Source: a virus | DNA length: 64,000 nucleotides | UHGV virus genome: UHGV-0180032 | Direction: 5' to 3' (one strand) | Shown: one piece after another, positions 38,010 to 48,118 of the stretch | How the letters are laid out: each line of letters begins with the position of its first letter | Numbering within the stretch: position 1 is the stretch's first letter | The notes under the pieces: generated by a model | What the model was told of the DNA's origin: nothing | The model's input: the letters and a program-made list of their open reading frames with translations, nothing else | The model's database searches: none | Position numbers and translations under genes: made by a program

Positions 38010-39521
38010 ATGAAGAACGTTGATGTTGCTGTACTTTATACCGACGGTAGCCATTTAACCTCACCGATGGGAACAGGCGGTGGGATTCACGGCTACCTGT
38101 TTAACAAGGAAGAGATTGTTGACGGTGGCGTTTATCGCCACCCTACTATTCCCGAAGGGATTACGACCTCAGGCTATCGCCAGATTAACAAAGAGGAAAA
38201 ACTTCCTACGTTACCAGACTCTGTTGAGTTCGTGGACTGCGTTATTCCGGTACCGAAACACCACCACTCCGATGTTGCAGAGATTGTTGCTTTTTTAACC
38301 GTTTTTGAAAAAGCACCATTCGTTGCAAAAAACTACGTTATCTATATCGATGCGTCCTACGTTGTGAATACGTTTAACGATTGGATTGACGGTTGGGCTA
38401 AGCGGGACTGGCGACGGGCTGATGGCACCCCTATCGCGAACCTTGAGCTGGTTCAACGGATGTGGGAAATTAAGAAACGTCTGAAGCGTGAAGGGAAAGG
38501 GATTCGTGTTCTTAAAATCAAAGGACACTCTGGTCACTACGGTAACGAACGGGCTGACGAGCTGGCACGAAAAGGATCGTCCATCTCTGCACACGGAGAA
38601 GGCTTAGATTATCAAGCGTACTGGTCGGCAGACGAAATTCCGGAAGAACAGCAGGAAGAAATTGTCAGCGAAGGCGTTAACGTTGCCGCGTTTCCTGATA
38701 TTTGCGTAACCAAGTTCTGTTACCCGATGGTAAATGAGCAGCACCCTACGGTTAAAGTAAACGGTGAAAATCTCTATTACATGTTCGGGGGTAACCACGC
38801 AAAACAGAAGGACGATATTGTCTTCGTTGGGAAATACATTCCTGATGCGCAGTTCTGTGTGATGTTTACACGTGAGCCGTGGACGAACGTTTACGATTTG
38901 GTTAACGCCCACGCTGCTAAAGCCTGGGAGGGTGTACCACGTTTGCGTCAGTTTGACCCTATCGCTGTTGTGTTCAACTTGTTCGTAAAACGTAAGAAGT
39001 TTGCGGAAGCGGCGGCTAATGGCATTCCGGTTGACAAAATGCACTTTAGCGAAGACAAGAACCTGTGGATGTACGAAGACTTGTCTATCAGTCGTATTCT
39101 GCGTCCCGCGTTATTGTCATACCGCTGCATTTCCATTCGTGATGAACTGGCAGAATGGTTACGTGACTGTTTGGAAGGCAAATCGAACGTTGTCTTAAAC
39201 GACATTACCGATTTGCTTTATGACGAAAAAGGTAAACCCACCAAAGACTTTTACCGAAACGTGGATAAAGGGTTTGACGTTTCCATTAAAATCCCTAACG
39301 GGAAGGTTGCCGTTAAAACTATTTTGACACGTGCTATCGACTTACCGACGCGTACGGAAATCAACCGTATCAAAGAACCGAATGGACGATTCTACGTCGC
39401 TGTACGTCGTCCAGAACGTCAGTACGTTGAATACGCGTTAGTGTATATCGGTGAGAAGTATCACGGTCTGTGGTGTGGTTATTATTCAAACAAACGAATA
39501 TTGACCGATAAGGAACTTTGA
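38010..39521 (+). CDS. rnhA: RNase HI domain protein with a roughly 300-aa C-terminal extension
   Basis: N-terminal 190 aa contain the RNase HI hallmarks: ...LYTDGS..., E in AEIVAF, D in YIDASYVV, W..W..DG.PI.N, and KGHSGHYGNERADELAR. Confidence 0.8.
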   Translation: MKNVDVAVLYTDGSHLTSPMGTGGGIHGYLFNKEEIVDGGVYRHPTIPEGITTSGYRQINKEEKLPTLPDSVEFVDCVIPVPKHHHSDVAEIVAFLTVFEKAPFVAKNYVIYIDASYVVNTFNDWIDGWAKRDWRRADGTPIANLELVQRMWEIKKRLKREGKGIRVLKIKGHSGHYGNERADELARKGSSISAHGEGLDYQAYWSADEIPEEQQEEIVSEGVNVAAFPDICVTKFCYPMVNEQHPTVKVNGENLYYMFGGNHAKQKDDIVFVGKYIPDAQFCVMFTREPWTNVYDLVNAHAAKAWEGVPRLRQFDPIAVVFNLFVKRKKFAEAAANGIPVDKMHFSEDKNLWMYEDLSISRILRPALLSYRCISIRDELAEWLRDCLEGKSNVVLNDITDLLYDEKGKPTKDFYRNVDKGFDVSIKIPNGKVAVKTILTRAIDLPTRTEINRIKEPNGRFYVAVRRPERQYVEYALVYIGEKYHGLWCGYYSNKRILTDKEL

Positions 39522-40189
39522 TGCTGATTGTTTTTAGTCAAGCGTTATCGATGGCACCGAGTTATATCCAGATACGCTTTTCAGCAATTGCGCGTCAGCA
39601 GTGGGGCTTTAAAGCCCCCTATTCTGACGACCACTATACACTCGGAGAAGTAGCACTTGAACTCGCCTTACGCTCATTGTGGGAAATTATCGCATTGTAT
39701 AATGCAGGTTGTGATATACCGAAAGATTGTTTCCCACAACGGGTGATTGCGCAAGGTACTACGAACACTTACGGTAATCCGGCATTGGTAGAAGAGTGCT
39801 TAGGCTACGCTAACCAGTCTGGGGAATTGCAACACAACTTTAATCTGGTGATTAACAAAGTCTGGAGTGAGCTGGAAAGCTACCCTGAAAAGATTATCTG
39901 GTTTGATCGTAACCAATTCGTTAAGGAGGTGGCCAGTAAACGACCTGTACGTTTAGTTACCTTAAAACCCACCGACCTTGATTTGAAACAAACGTATCCC
40001 TTCCCGGAAGAAATTCAACTTTCTCCAGAAACTGTAGGTCACACTATTTTCAAACAAGGTGACGCCTGGATATTGCCTCACGATCTAGACCGTTACTTGC
40101 TCAACTCCGATCAGATTCACTCCGGCTATGATTCTCTCGTGAAAGCGTTTCACATCGATCCCTATTTCGCTAAAAATTTTCTTAGATAG
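39518..40189 (+). CDS. hypothetical protein (223 aa)
   Basis: ORF overlapping the upstream stop (ATGA). Confidence 0.45.
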   Translation: MMLIVFSQALSMAPSYIQIRFSAIARQQWGFKAPYSDDHYTLGEVALELALRSLWEIIALYNAGCDIPKDCFPQRVIAQGTTNTYGNPALVEECLGYANQSGELQHNFNLVINKVWSELESYPEKIIWFDRNQFVKEVASKRPVRLVTLKPTDLDLKQTYPFPEEIQLSPETVGHTIFKQGDAWILPHDLDRYLLNSDQIHSGYDSLVKAFHIDPYFAKNFLR

Positions 40190-40207
40190 ATATTATTCAG
40201 GTGTAGA
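40184..40207 (+). promoter_or_regulatory. conserved promoter-like motif, copy 3
   Basis: TAGATAGATATTATTCAGGTGTAG; upstream of gene 40227. Confidence 0.35.
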
Positions 40208-40226
40208 ACCTTCGGAGTTAATCACC

Positions 40227-40964
40227 ATGTTGAAAGTTTATGTCCCTCAATTACAACGTATTAATCCCTCGTTGTTCGAGGGATTCTTTTATAAAAACTG
40301 GCCACGGTTCTTCGAAGAATCCCTCAAAGATCCTAAGTGGACGACGATACAAGGGGAATTTTTCTGGACTGCACAATCGGCCTGTACCAATATCTTTGCT
40401 AACTTTATTGGCGAAGTTATCAACAGTATCAACTCAAATATTCCTTTTGACTTAGAAAACGTAACCGTAGACCTTACCGCGATTTACGACGGGTACGATT
40501 GTTCCGATGTTAACTTCGAACACTTCTCTTCGGAAGAGGTTTGGGAGAAAGTGTATAACTGGCTGGAACATTACGTTAATATGCTACTCTCACCGTCGAT
40601 GTTATCGGGGTTCAATAAAGCGATTCTTCCTATCTACCACGACTTACTGAACGTTAAAGTAACGACGGGTTTATTAGGTTACTGGTATTCCACCTACGAC
40701 ATGGAAAGCACGTTGTGGGAGAAACAAATCAACGCGTACGGTATCGAGTACGGTGACTTTGAAGAAGTCTATCGCGGTTACTGGCCACACAGTTTCTACA
40801 GAAACAGAGAAGTGGGCGAACCATATCTGTGGTCGTTTTATCGCTGCAACACCACAGGCGTTATTTATCTCGAAGACACCGGTGTACAAATCCCTAACGG
40901 TGCTGATGTGACGTATTGTCAAATACGCAAAGACCGGGGACACGTCATTTATAAGGATTATTAA
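40227..40964 (+). CDS. hypothetical protein (245 aa)
   Basis: ORF with upstream promoter-like motif. Confidence 0.5.
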   Translation: MLKVYVPQLQRINPSLFEGFFYKNWPRFFEESLKDPKWTTIQGEFFWTAQSACTNIFANFIGEVINSINSNIPFDLENVTVDLTAIYDGYDCSDVNFEHFSSEEVWEKVYNWLEHYVNMLLSPSMLSGFNKAILPIYHDLLNVKVTTGLLGYWYSTYDMESTLWEKQINAYGIEYGDFEEVYRGYWPHSFYRNREVGEPYLWSFYRCNTTGVIYLEDTGVQIPNGADVTYCQIRKDRGHVIYKDY

Positions 40965-40965
40965 C

Positions 40966-41508
40966 ATGAAATTACTTATTGATTTCTCTCTGAGCTCGTC
41001 ACGCGACAGGCTAAACAAAATACTTACTGAAATGCGAAGTAAGGTGAGGTTAGAACTGCACGACGCAATAGCAGTGTACGAGAGAAAACTGACGAAAGAG
41101 AACAACGGGGAAACCGTGGTGATCTTAGACGCTAAGGCGATGGTGGATTTTCTGGTAGACATGTTAGAAAGGCGGATTCACGCGGTGATAGAGCGACCTT
41201 ACTTAGTTCGTGTAACTGACCCAGACACTACGGTAGAATCAATACTGGAAAAGGCGTTCGTCGACGCAGCACACTATTTACAAAGGCATTCCCCAGACGA
41301 TTTCGAAACGATTTACGTTGGCGTTATACAGCAACAGAATGCTGAAACCAACATCGTGGATACCGTCTGCTGGAGCGATATCCTTACTAATGAAACCATA
41401 TCTCGTGTCCGAGACATCTTTATTGAAAATTTGGCATTAGTGAAAAGGGTGTGCAGTTCCGAGATTATTTACTTGTCATCAAAATACGAAAAAACTAAAG
41501 GAGTATAA
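40966..41508 (+). CDS. hypothetical protein (180 aa)
   Basis: Tightly packed ORF. Confidence 0.5.
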   Translation: MKLLIDFSLSSSRDRLNKILTEMRSKVRLELHDAIAVYERKLTKENNGETVVILDAKAMVDFLVDMLERRIHAVIERPYLVRVTDPDTTVESILEKAFVDAAHYLQRHSPDDFETIYVGVIQQQNAETNIVDTVCWSDILTNETISRVRDIFIENLALVKRVCSSEIIYLSSKYEKTKGV

Positions 41509-41510
41509 CC

Positions 41511-42035
41511 GTGGATATTTTAATTCAATTTCGTAAGAAAACAACCATTACCACGCCGATTGAGTTAGAGGAGAAAATCTCTAGCGCGGTTGCACGCAAG
41601 CTCTGTGGTGCTCACGGCTTTAGCAGTCATCAAGAACGGGTCGTTACTGCCGCCACATTACACAACTTACGACACACAGTACATTACTGTTTAGTTGACA
41701 ACGTCACCATCACTCTTGATGATACCGCAAAAGTCGACCAACTGCGTCGTGAAATTGACCACAAGATCGGCGTTTATAAAAGACGTTTTGATCGTGCCTG
41801 TGCACGTTTAACCGACAACGAGGCATTATGGAAACGTTTGAAACTTGAAATTGAGTATGCTGCGCAGCGTTACGGGATTGGCGGTACCGAACCGTTGCTG
41901 ACCGAACAAGAAATCATGTTAGCAATCGAAGTTTACATCACCGTTTGTCTCGCCATCCTAAAAGAAACCAACTACGAAATTACAAAAGCGTTGTTAAACA
42001 CCGCTGACAGTCTCCACTCAATCTTAGGACAGTAA
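41511..42035 (+). CDS. hypothetical protein (174 aa)
   Basis: GTG start with AAAGGAGTA RBS. Confidence 0.45.
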   Translation: MDILIQFRKKTTITTPIELEEKISSAVARKLCGAHGFSSHQERVVTAATLHNLRHTVHYCLVDNVTITLDDTAKVDQLRREIDHKIGVYKRRFDRACARLTDNEALWKRLKLEIEYAAQRYGIGGTEPLLTEQEIMLAIEVYITVCLAILKETNYEITKALLNTADSLHSILGQ

Positions 42036-42036
42036 A

Positions 42037-42525
42037 ATGAACTTAAATGATATTATCAATCTTAGTAAAAGTGATATTGTGCATGAATTTCTCAATCACG
42101 GTGCGCGTGTAAGAAAAGAAATTGAAGAAAAGTTGGCCCCAACGGTTGCTTCCACTCCTTGGATGGCAGATTACGCTGCGGACTACTTCAGTTGCCAGAG
42201 CGTAATAGCATACATAGCTAACCTGTTTGATTTCTTCAATCCATCAAACGACCACATAACAGAAACAGACGTTCGACAACGCCTTCGCGATTGCCGGTAT
42301 CAGTTCTTAAGAAAAGTTACTGATGCGTACAATTTAGAGAAATTTCCTACACCGATTGTTCCCTATACAGAACCGGAATGGGAAAATTTTTATAGACGAA
42401 TTTGGATTGGTGGGTCTTACGTGGCAGATATCATGGAAATCATCGAACGTAGTGAAAACCTACTTTCCTTACAGCTATGGGAGTGGCTAAAAGCTAACTA
42501 TCCTGACTACGTCAAATTCGACTAA
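42037..42525 (+). CDS. hypothetical protein (162 aa)
   Basis: ORF followed by terminator. Confidence 0.5.
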   Translation: MNLNDIINLSKSDIVHEFLNHGARVRKEIEEKLAPTVASTPWMADYAADYFSCQSVIAYIANLFDFFNPSNDHITETDVRQRLRDCRYQFLRKVTDAYNLEKFPTPIVPYTEPEWENFYRRIWIGGSYVADIMEIIERSENLLSLQLWEWLKANYPDYVKFD

Positions 42526-42530
42526 TAGAC

Positions 42531-42561
42531 ACCCTAGCTTCGGCTAGGGTAACTTTATTTT
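42531..42561 (+). terminator. intrinsic terminator
   Basis: ACCCTAGC/GCTAGGGT stem with TTCG loop followed by a T-rich tract. Confidence 0.65.
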
Positions 42562-42583
42562 AACCATTTTAGGAGCATATACC

Positions 42584-43516
42584 ATGTATTTGTACAAAAG
42601 TAAAAAAGTAAAAGGTATTAGAGACTGCCTTAGACAAATGGGGAGTCAGCATCTAGAAAATGTCATGGAAGAAAATCAAACAAAAGAAAATCCTGTCTCG
42701 AAATGGATAAAAAAGAATCGTAAGCATTTAACTAATGCCTTTATACCCTACGACGCTGAGTTAGGTCTCAAAGATCCCCGTTCCCTTCACGCACAAACAT
42801 TGGCAATTGGATGGCTATACGGTGGTGCTTCCTTAATATCCAATCGAGCACTTAGAGAACTTGTTTTCGAGACTGAGATGCCCAGTAAATTCCCCGAAGA
42901 ATGGTTGGACTTTATACCCACATGGACTGTGGCAATCGATGTAGGTAAAGAGGATGAGACTTTCTTTCTCGGTTATCGAAAAAACGGGGAGAGAAGGTTT
43001 ATTATAATTGCTACAAATACTGATTACGGGTTAACAGAAGGCGTTACCACGATCGCCACCTGCTCGTTAGAGATATGTAGCGTTGGAAACGGGCTTGTTG
43101 AAATCGATTATACAACTGGCGTACAGACCGAACAAGAGAAGACGTTATGGCTATCACTGGCCAAAACCGCCATATCGTTGATATTTCTCTGTACGCTAAT
43201 CCCGCCTAATCTCAGAGGGTCTTTCAATGACATTAAGTTCAAAGAAATCAAAAAGAATGGTAGCATAAGTCACGAAATCAAACCTCGTGAACGTGACGTT
43301 AAAATAGACATCACGCCAGGACAAGTGAAATATCTAAAGGGATTTAACACCGACTTGAAAACCATGGAAGGTATCAAACACGCCAAGGCTGCACATATTC
43401 GTCGTGCGCACTGGCGTAGATACTGGGTTGGCCCAAGAAACGGTGAAAGGAAGAGAAAACTTTACTGGATTCCACCGACATTTGTCCGAGGTTACGTACC
43501 CCACACGCAAGACTAG
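42584..43516 (+). CDS. hypothetical protein; paralog pair with C-terminal AHIRRAHW-R-W-GP motif
   Basis: AGGAGCA RBS; C-terminus KAAHIRRAHWRRYWVGPRNG...WIPPTF. Confidence 0.55.
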   Translation: MYLYKSKKVKGIRDCLRQMGSQHLENVMEENQTKENPVSKWIKKNRKHLTNAFIPYDAELGLKDPRSLHAQTLAIGWLYGGASLISNRALRELVFETEMPSKFPEEWLDFIPTWTVAIDVGKEDETFFLGYRKNGERRFIIIATNTDYGLTEGVTTIATCSLEICSVGNGLVEIDYTTGVQTEQEKTLWLSLAKTAISLIFLCTLIPPNLRGSFNDIKFKEIKKNGSISHEIKPRERDVKIDITPGQVKYLKGFNTDLKTMEGIKHAKAAHIRRAHWRRYWVGPRNGERKRKLYWIPPTFVRGYVPHTQD

Positions 43517-43526
43517 GAGAATTATA

Positions 43527-44411
43527 ATGTTAAGACGCAGAATTTATGGAGACACGCTTCGACGTATTAGTGAAGCTATAGAGACTGCACACAAAGACTT
43601 GTTTGGTCTGAAAGAAGATCGTTTTCTAACGTTTGTCAGGGAACACAAGAGACAACTTCCCGTAACCTTTCTGCCCGTTAACGACCCAACGTACCGTGAG
43701 TTCGGCACCACCAAACAGGTGCCGTATTCTATCCGTCAATCATTAGGTTTGGGTTGGCAATACGCAGGTATTGAAATTATCTCTGATAACGAGTTGATGG
43801 CGTTACTTGCAGACACAGAACGTTTAACGGATATTCCGTACGCGTGGATTGAAGCCATCCCTTCATTCACCTTTTCCGTGACTGTCAAGATTAACGAACT
43901 TCCTGCTACGCTCTTTATCGGTCGTCGTAAATTCGAAGGTGAAGAAGTATTGTTCGTTTTACGGTGGGTGGAGATAAATCAGCGGCACTGTTGGACAACC
44001 AAGATTTATCGGTTCAACAGAAAGGCAGATGACTTTGTTAGTTTAGAGCCTTACTTTGCTAACGAGTCAAAGGACGAGGAACTTCTGGATGAGGTACATA
44101 TCGGTTTATATCTTTCCTCGCGGGTGAAGAAATCGGATCGCGAGAGACGGGAATACCGTGGTAGAACGACACGTTACGTACCTGATACAGAAATCCTTCC
44201 ACGCAGAGAACCTGTCGTTGTTGACGTCAGTCCAGTACAACGCGAAGACTTAGAGAAGCAACGCAGGGAAGGCAGGAGAATCTGTTTAACGCCGCATCGT
44301 GCTGCACACATACGCAGGGCACACTGGAAACGGGTCTGGTGTGGGCCAATGACAGGACCACGCTGGCAGGAGTGGCGATGGATTGCACCCACCTTTATAT
44401 CTGGTTTTTAG
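43527..44411 (+). CDS. hypothetical protein; paralog of 42584-43516
   Basis: AGGAGA RBS before ATG 43527 (track start 43404 overlaps the upstream gene); C-terminus RAAHIRRAHWKRVWCGPMTG...WIAPTF; also shares mid-region GW-Y-G motif. Confidence 0.55.
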   Translation: MLRRRIYGDTLRRISEAIETAHKDLFGLKEDRFLTFVREHKRQLPVTFLPVNDPTYREFGTTKQVPYSIRQSLGLGWQYAGIEIISDNELMALLADTERLTDIPYAWIEAIPSFTFSVTVKINELPATLFIGRRKFEGEEVLFVLRWVEINQRHCWTTKIYRFNRKADDFVSLEPYFANESKDEELLDEVHIGLYLSSRVKKSDRERREYRGRTTRYVPDTEILPRREPVVVDVSPVQREDLEKQRREGRRICLTPHRAAHIRRAHWKRVWCGPMTGPRWQEWRWIAPTFISGF

Positions 44412-44426
44412 CGTGAAAATAAAGAT

Positions 44427-44473
44427 TACCCCTAGACCTTGTGGTCTAGGGGTAGCTTTTACTTTTTATTTTT
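44427..44473. terminator. bidirectional intrinsic terminator
   Basis: 12-bp stem TACCCCTAGACC/GGTCTAGGGGTA followed by a T-rich tract; between convergent gene ends 44411 and 44466. Confidence 0.7.
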
Positions 44474-45221
44474 TGTTTGCCTTCAGCGCTTTCAGGCGTT
44501 CAGCCGTCACGTTCAGACATTCAATCAATTCGTTCACTTGTTTCATGAACAAGCCAAACAGTTCAACCCAATCGGATGCAAAGTCTAACATCGCTGTCAG
44601 TTCTTTTGCTACGTTAGGATGGATGTTTTGTTCAGACAGAATCGTTGCAGAAGCTTTAATGGACTCGATGGATTTGTCGATGTTCGTACGAAGTTTCTTC
44701 GTAATTTCAACGTTCAGTGCTTTTGCACGGTTAAACGCAATATCGATTTCCGTAGCACTGTGATACGTTTTCTCAATCGGACGCTGGTCAATAACGTTGT
44801 TGGTGTAAGACTTAGCCAACTGGTTAACCAGGTCTTTCGGATTCACGTTACGTAACGGAATGTTAACGTTTTTATAACGGAAACCGATAGGTAATGACAG
44901 TACGCCCACATCATGTGTAAGGGCGGAAAGTTGCAACTCAACAGGTAAAAGGACACCGTCGTAGATCTTCTGTAAGGAACTCCACACCGATTCTAAGCGG
45001 TTAATGTGATCCATTACGTAGGTATTGAAGCCTGGCGGTACAATAACCAACATGCCTGCAAAGTGTAAGAATTTTTCCTGTTGCATCCACTTGGAAACGT
45101 CTGACATGTCGTCGTAAGTGGTTAATGCAATCTCTTGTTGAGGGCCACTGAACCCTTTGGGTAAGATTGCAGACGCTTTAGCGGCAAAGCTAGTTAACGC
45201 TGCAAGTGGATTTACGTTCAT
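44466..45221 (-). CDS. hypothetical protein (251 aa)
   Basis: Isolated minus-strand ORF with GAGG RBS; terminator at its 3' end. Confidence 0.5.
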   Translation of the reverse strand: MNVNPLAALTSFAAKASAILPKGFSGPQQEIALTTYDDMSDVSKWMQQEKFLHFAGMLVIVPPGFNTYVMDHINRLESVWSSLQKIYDGVLLPVELQLSALTHDVGVLSLPIGFRYKNVNIPLRNVNPKDLVNQLAKSYTNNVIDQRPIEKTYHSATEIDIAFNRAKALNVEITKKLRTNIDKSIESIKASATILSEQNIHPNVAKELTAMLDFASDWVELFGLFMKQVNELIECLNVTAERLKALKANKK

Positions 45222-45318
45222 TTAAAACCTCGGATTATAAGTCAGGGTTACATAGTAAAGTCTTTTTACAGTTCATCCTGAACTTATGACCGAGATTATC
45301 TCATAAAGGTAAAGCTCG

Positions 45319-45618
45319 ATGAAAATCAAATTACTGACTCGAAACACCACGCCTCGTCTGGAACCGGAAATCTATCTTACCCCGGTGAAAAAAGACAAAG
45401 AAGGTAAGCCTATTCAAGTAGGTAAGATTCTTAGCGTGACCTCTTTACCTAACGGTAAGCGCGTGATGGAATTAGAAATCGACGAGCGCAACAAACGTCG
45501 TTTCGAGTCTATTGAGAACCCCTATCCTGAAAAATCGGAAGAAGTCACCGAGTGGGCAGAGACCTACTTTGAATTCTGGCACAAACGTCGCCTTCTTCTT
45601 CCGACCAAGAATCGTTAA
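45319..45618 (+). CDS. hypothetical basic protein (99 aa)
   Basis: ORF immediately upstream of the recombinase gene. Confidence 0.45.
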   Translation: MKIKLLTRNTTPRLEPEIYLTPVKKDKEGKPIQVGKILSVTSLPNGKRVMELEIDERNKRRFESIENPYPEKSEEVTEWAETYFEFWHKRRLLLPTKNR

Positions 45619-45633
45619 TTATTGGAGCGCTAA

Positions 45634-47130
45634 ATGGCAGGCCCAACTAAGCAAGTTATCGGTGAAGTAATTCGTCCTCGTTTTAACGTTTATACCATCA
45701 TGGACCACGCCTTAGGCAACTACGAAAGAGGCGAAGATGGTTTGTACTACCTTAACGGTGGTTTTGCCCACATCATGGGTTTCGCGGGTCGTGGTAACAC
45801 CTTCAAATCTACACTGTTGGATTTCTGTATCTTCCAAATCCTACAACGCTATAAAGCAGAGTGGGGTTCGAAATACGATACCGAAGTGTCTGCTGCCCTC
45901 GATCGCTTAGAGACCGGTTATATTTCTGCCATGCACGCCAACGGTATTGACGATGGAACTTCGGTACTGGAACTTATTCACGAAGGTCGTTATAACCTCG
46001 TTGGTTCTGACGTGATGCCTGGGGAACAGTATTACAGTGACTATATTCGTGACGAAGTGGAAAAACGCTTCAAGCAGTATATGTCTGGTAAAACCCGCGT
46101 AACACCGTTCCTTGACCCGGTTCGTCGTAAGCAAAAAGAAATCCTTGACCCGTGGCTGTATTCTATCGACTCCCTGTCTGAGTGGCACTCGTCTTCTCTG
46201 GAAGACAAGCACGCTAAAACGGATATCGGTGATTCCGATCAGAACATCCTCAACGCCCACGATGCCTTACAGAAATCGAACATGATGAGCCGTTGGCCGT
46301 CTGCGTTTGCCCGTGGCGGTTTCTACATGGGCTTTGTTGCACAGATGGCGGACGACTCCGGTAAGGCGATGGCGGGTGGTCGTCAAGGACAGAAAGCAAA
46401 CGCGAAACTGCTGGACGATGCGAACGACGATCTCAAATTCGCAGGAATTCCTCGTCGTCAGTTAAGCTTCCTGACCAACTCGTTTATTGTTGCGACAAAA
46501 TCAGGCGAGCTGAAAAAAGACCAGAGTTATAACGCCCAGACCGGTGTTAACGAAGAACTTTACCCAACCGCACGTTCAAAAGCCATGAACGCATCGGTTA
46601 ACGACCTGAAAGTTATCACCTTTACACAATACCGTGCTAAAGGCGGTCACACAGGCGTGAAGTTCCAGATGATCTTCTCGCAAGAGATGGGTCTACTGTA
46701 CCACCTGAGCCTGTGGCATTACCTGAGTGACACCCTGAAAAAATCCGAATTTGGCTTTACGTCCAGCGGTAGTGGTGGTTCCATTAAAGAACTCCAGATT
46801 CTGCCTGGTGTTAAATTCCAGCGTACGACGATTCGTGACATGATCGACGATAACCCGAAACTGCGTCGGGCATTAGAAATCACGGCTGCGATTGCGTACA
46901 TGCAAAACAACTACCATCGTTTAGAGGTTAAATACCACCTCACGATGGAAGAAATCTACAAACTCATTGATGAAAAATGGGATTGGAATGAGATTCTGGA
47001 AAACACCGTAGAATACTGGATGTTTAAAGACCAGGAAACGAAAGGTGGTAAACGTACGTTAACTGCCCGTACGATTCTGGGTATGGCCGTGGACGGCCTG
47101 GAACCGAAGTTCCTGACCAAAAAGAAATAA
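45634..47130 (+). CDS. uvsX: UvsX/RecA-family recombinase
   Basis: N-terminal ...YLNGGFAHIMGFAGRGNTFKSTLLDFCIFQILQRY parallels T4 UvsX ...GGMQSGLLILAGPSKSFKSNFGL...YMRQY as recalled from memory; size of 498 aa is appropriate. Confidence 0.6.
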   Translation: MAGPTKQVIGEVIRPRFNVYTIMDHALGNYERGEDGLYYLNGGFAHIMGFAGRGNTFKSTLLDFCIFQILQRYKAEWGSKYDTEVSAALDRLETGYISAMHANGIDDGTSVLELIHEGRYNLVGSDVMPGEQYYSDYIRDEVEKRFKQYMSGKTRVTPFLDPVRRKQKEILDPWLYSIDSLSEWHSSSLEDKHAKTDIGDSDQNILNAHDALQKSNMMSRWPSAFARGGFYMGFVAQMADDSGKAMAGGRQGQKANAKLLDDANDDLKFAGIPRRQLSFLTNSFIVATKSGELKKDQSYNAQTGVNEELYPTARSKAMNASVNDLKVITFTQYRAKGGHTGVKFQMIFSQEMGLLYHLSLWHYLSDTLKKSEFGFTSSGSGGSIKELQILPGVKFQRTTIRDMIDDNPKLRRALEITAAIAYMQNNYHRLEVKYHLTMEEIYKLIDEKWDWNEILENTVEYWMFKDQETKGGKRTLTARTILGMAVDGLEPKFLTKKK

Positions 47131-47137
47131 AAGCGTT

Positions 47138-47160
47138 AGGGTAGGGTAATCCCCTACCCT
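47138..47160 (+). other. intergenic RNA hairpin without U-tract (possible processing or attenuation site)
   Basis: AGGGTAGGG/CCCTACCCT stem immediately followed by the AAGGAG RBS of the next gene. Confidence 0.4.
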
Positions 47161-47175
47161 AGCTAAGGAGTCGTT

Positions 47176-47475
47176 ATGCGTTATCAAACGGAGATTGTGG
47201 AACGCTTAAGCGAAGGTTTAGCCAGCGTCAGTCTGGAAACAGCAGCGGCATTTCGTGAGACTTTCGCTACTTTCTTTCCCGATCGTGAATCTTTTTGTTT
47301 AAAGGTCGGTGAATATTATTCCAAGTTACTCGAACACTACGGTTATCCGCCTGTGAAATTCGACGTACCTGAAAACACCGACGACATCAGTTATTGGATT
47401 GAAACCCTCGAAGCAGGGACACTTTCCAACTTGCGTAAGGCGGTAGAAAATGAAACTCGATCCAGCGCGGCGTAA
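47176..47475 (+). CDS. hypothetical protein (99 aa)
   Basis: AAGGAG RBS. Confidence 0.5.
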   Translation: MRYQTEIVERLSEGLASVSLETAAAFRETFATFFPDRESFCLKVGEYYSKLLEHYGYPPVKFDVPENTDDISYWIETLEAGTLSNLRKAVENETRSSAA

Positions 47476-48118
47476 AAAAGCAGAAGCTTACGCCTTACAA
47501 ATCTTAAGCCTGGTTGACCCCTCTGGGATTAACGCGGAAGCAGCAAAGAAAGCCTTTGCACGAATGACGGACGAACAGTTTAATCGTCTTCGTGAAGGGC
47601 TACCGATTTACAACCCGGTCGGCAGTAAAGTTAAAATCGACCACATGCGAAACATCGAACTATGTCGTGTTTTAGGTTTGAACCTGGAACAACGGTTGTG
47701 GTTAACTGAACCGAAAACGGGTGTTTTCCATCGTACCCGCTACCCGCATCTGGTGCTACGTTTACCTGCACGTCGTCAAACGCAGATGCAAGAGAAGAAA
47801 ATGGCGGTAGCGAAGAACGACAAAGTTCGTGATAAACTCTCCGGCCAGGTTGTTGGTCCTTCTAAAGCATCTGGTGTGTCTTTCCCAGAAGCGTACATCA
47901 TGTACTCCGATGGTCACGACTGGACACTGAAGGAGTTTCTGTGGGCGCGTGGGGGTAACGAAGCGTTACAACGTGCGTTCTATCAATCGTTACGCCAAAC
48001 CGGTAAGGGACGTATTGACCTACCGGGGGCAGAACGTACCAGTTCAAAAGCAACGCGTACCTGGTCTGCGTATCTGAAAGCGATGCACATTGGTAACAAC
48101 ATAGGCCATCCGTCATGA
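47450..48118 (+). CDS. hypothetical protein (222 aa)
   Basis: ORF overlapping the upstream gene end. Confidence 0.5.
   Translation: MKLDPARRKKAEAYALQILSLVDPSGINAEAAKKAFARMTDEQFNRLREGLPIYNPVGSKVKIDHMRNIELCRVLGLNLEQRLWLTEPKTGVFHRTRYPHLVLRLPARRQTQMQEKKMAVAKNDKVRDKLSGQVVGPSKASGVSFPEAYIMYSDGHDWTLKEFLWARGGNEALQRAFYQSLRQTGKGRIDLPGAERTSSKATRTWSAYLKAMHIGNNIGHPS

Noticed and set aside
38604-39205. Minus-strand ORFs inside the RNase HI gene (38604-39044, 38948-39205)
   Set aside because: They are antisense to a gene with an unambiguous RNase HI motif set.
43404-43526. ORF-track start at 43404 for the second AHIRRAHW paralog
   Set aside because: It overlaps the 3' end of the upstream paralog by 113 nt; ATG 43527 has a clean AGGAGA RBS.
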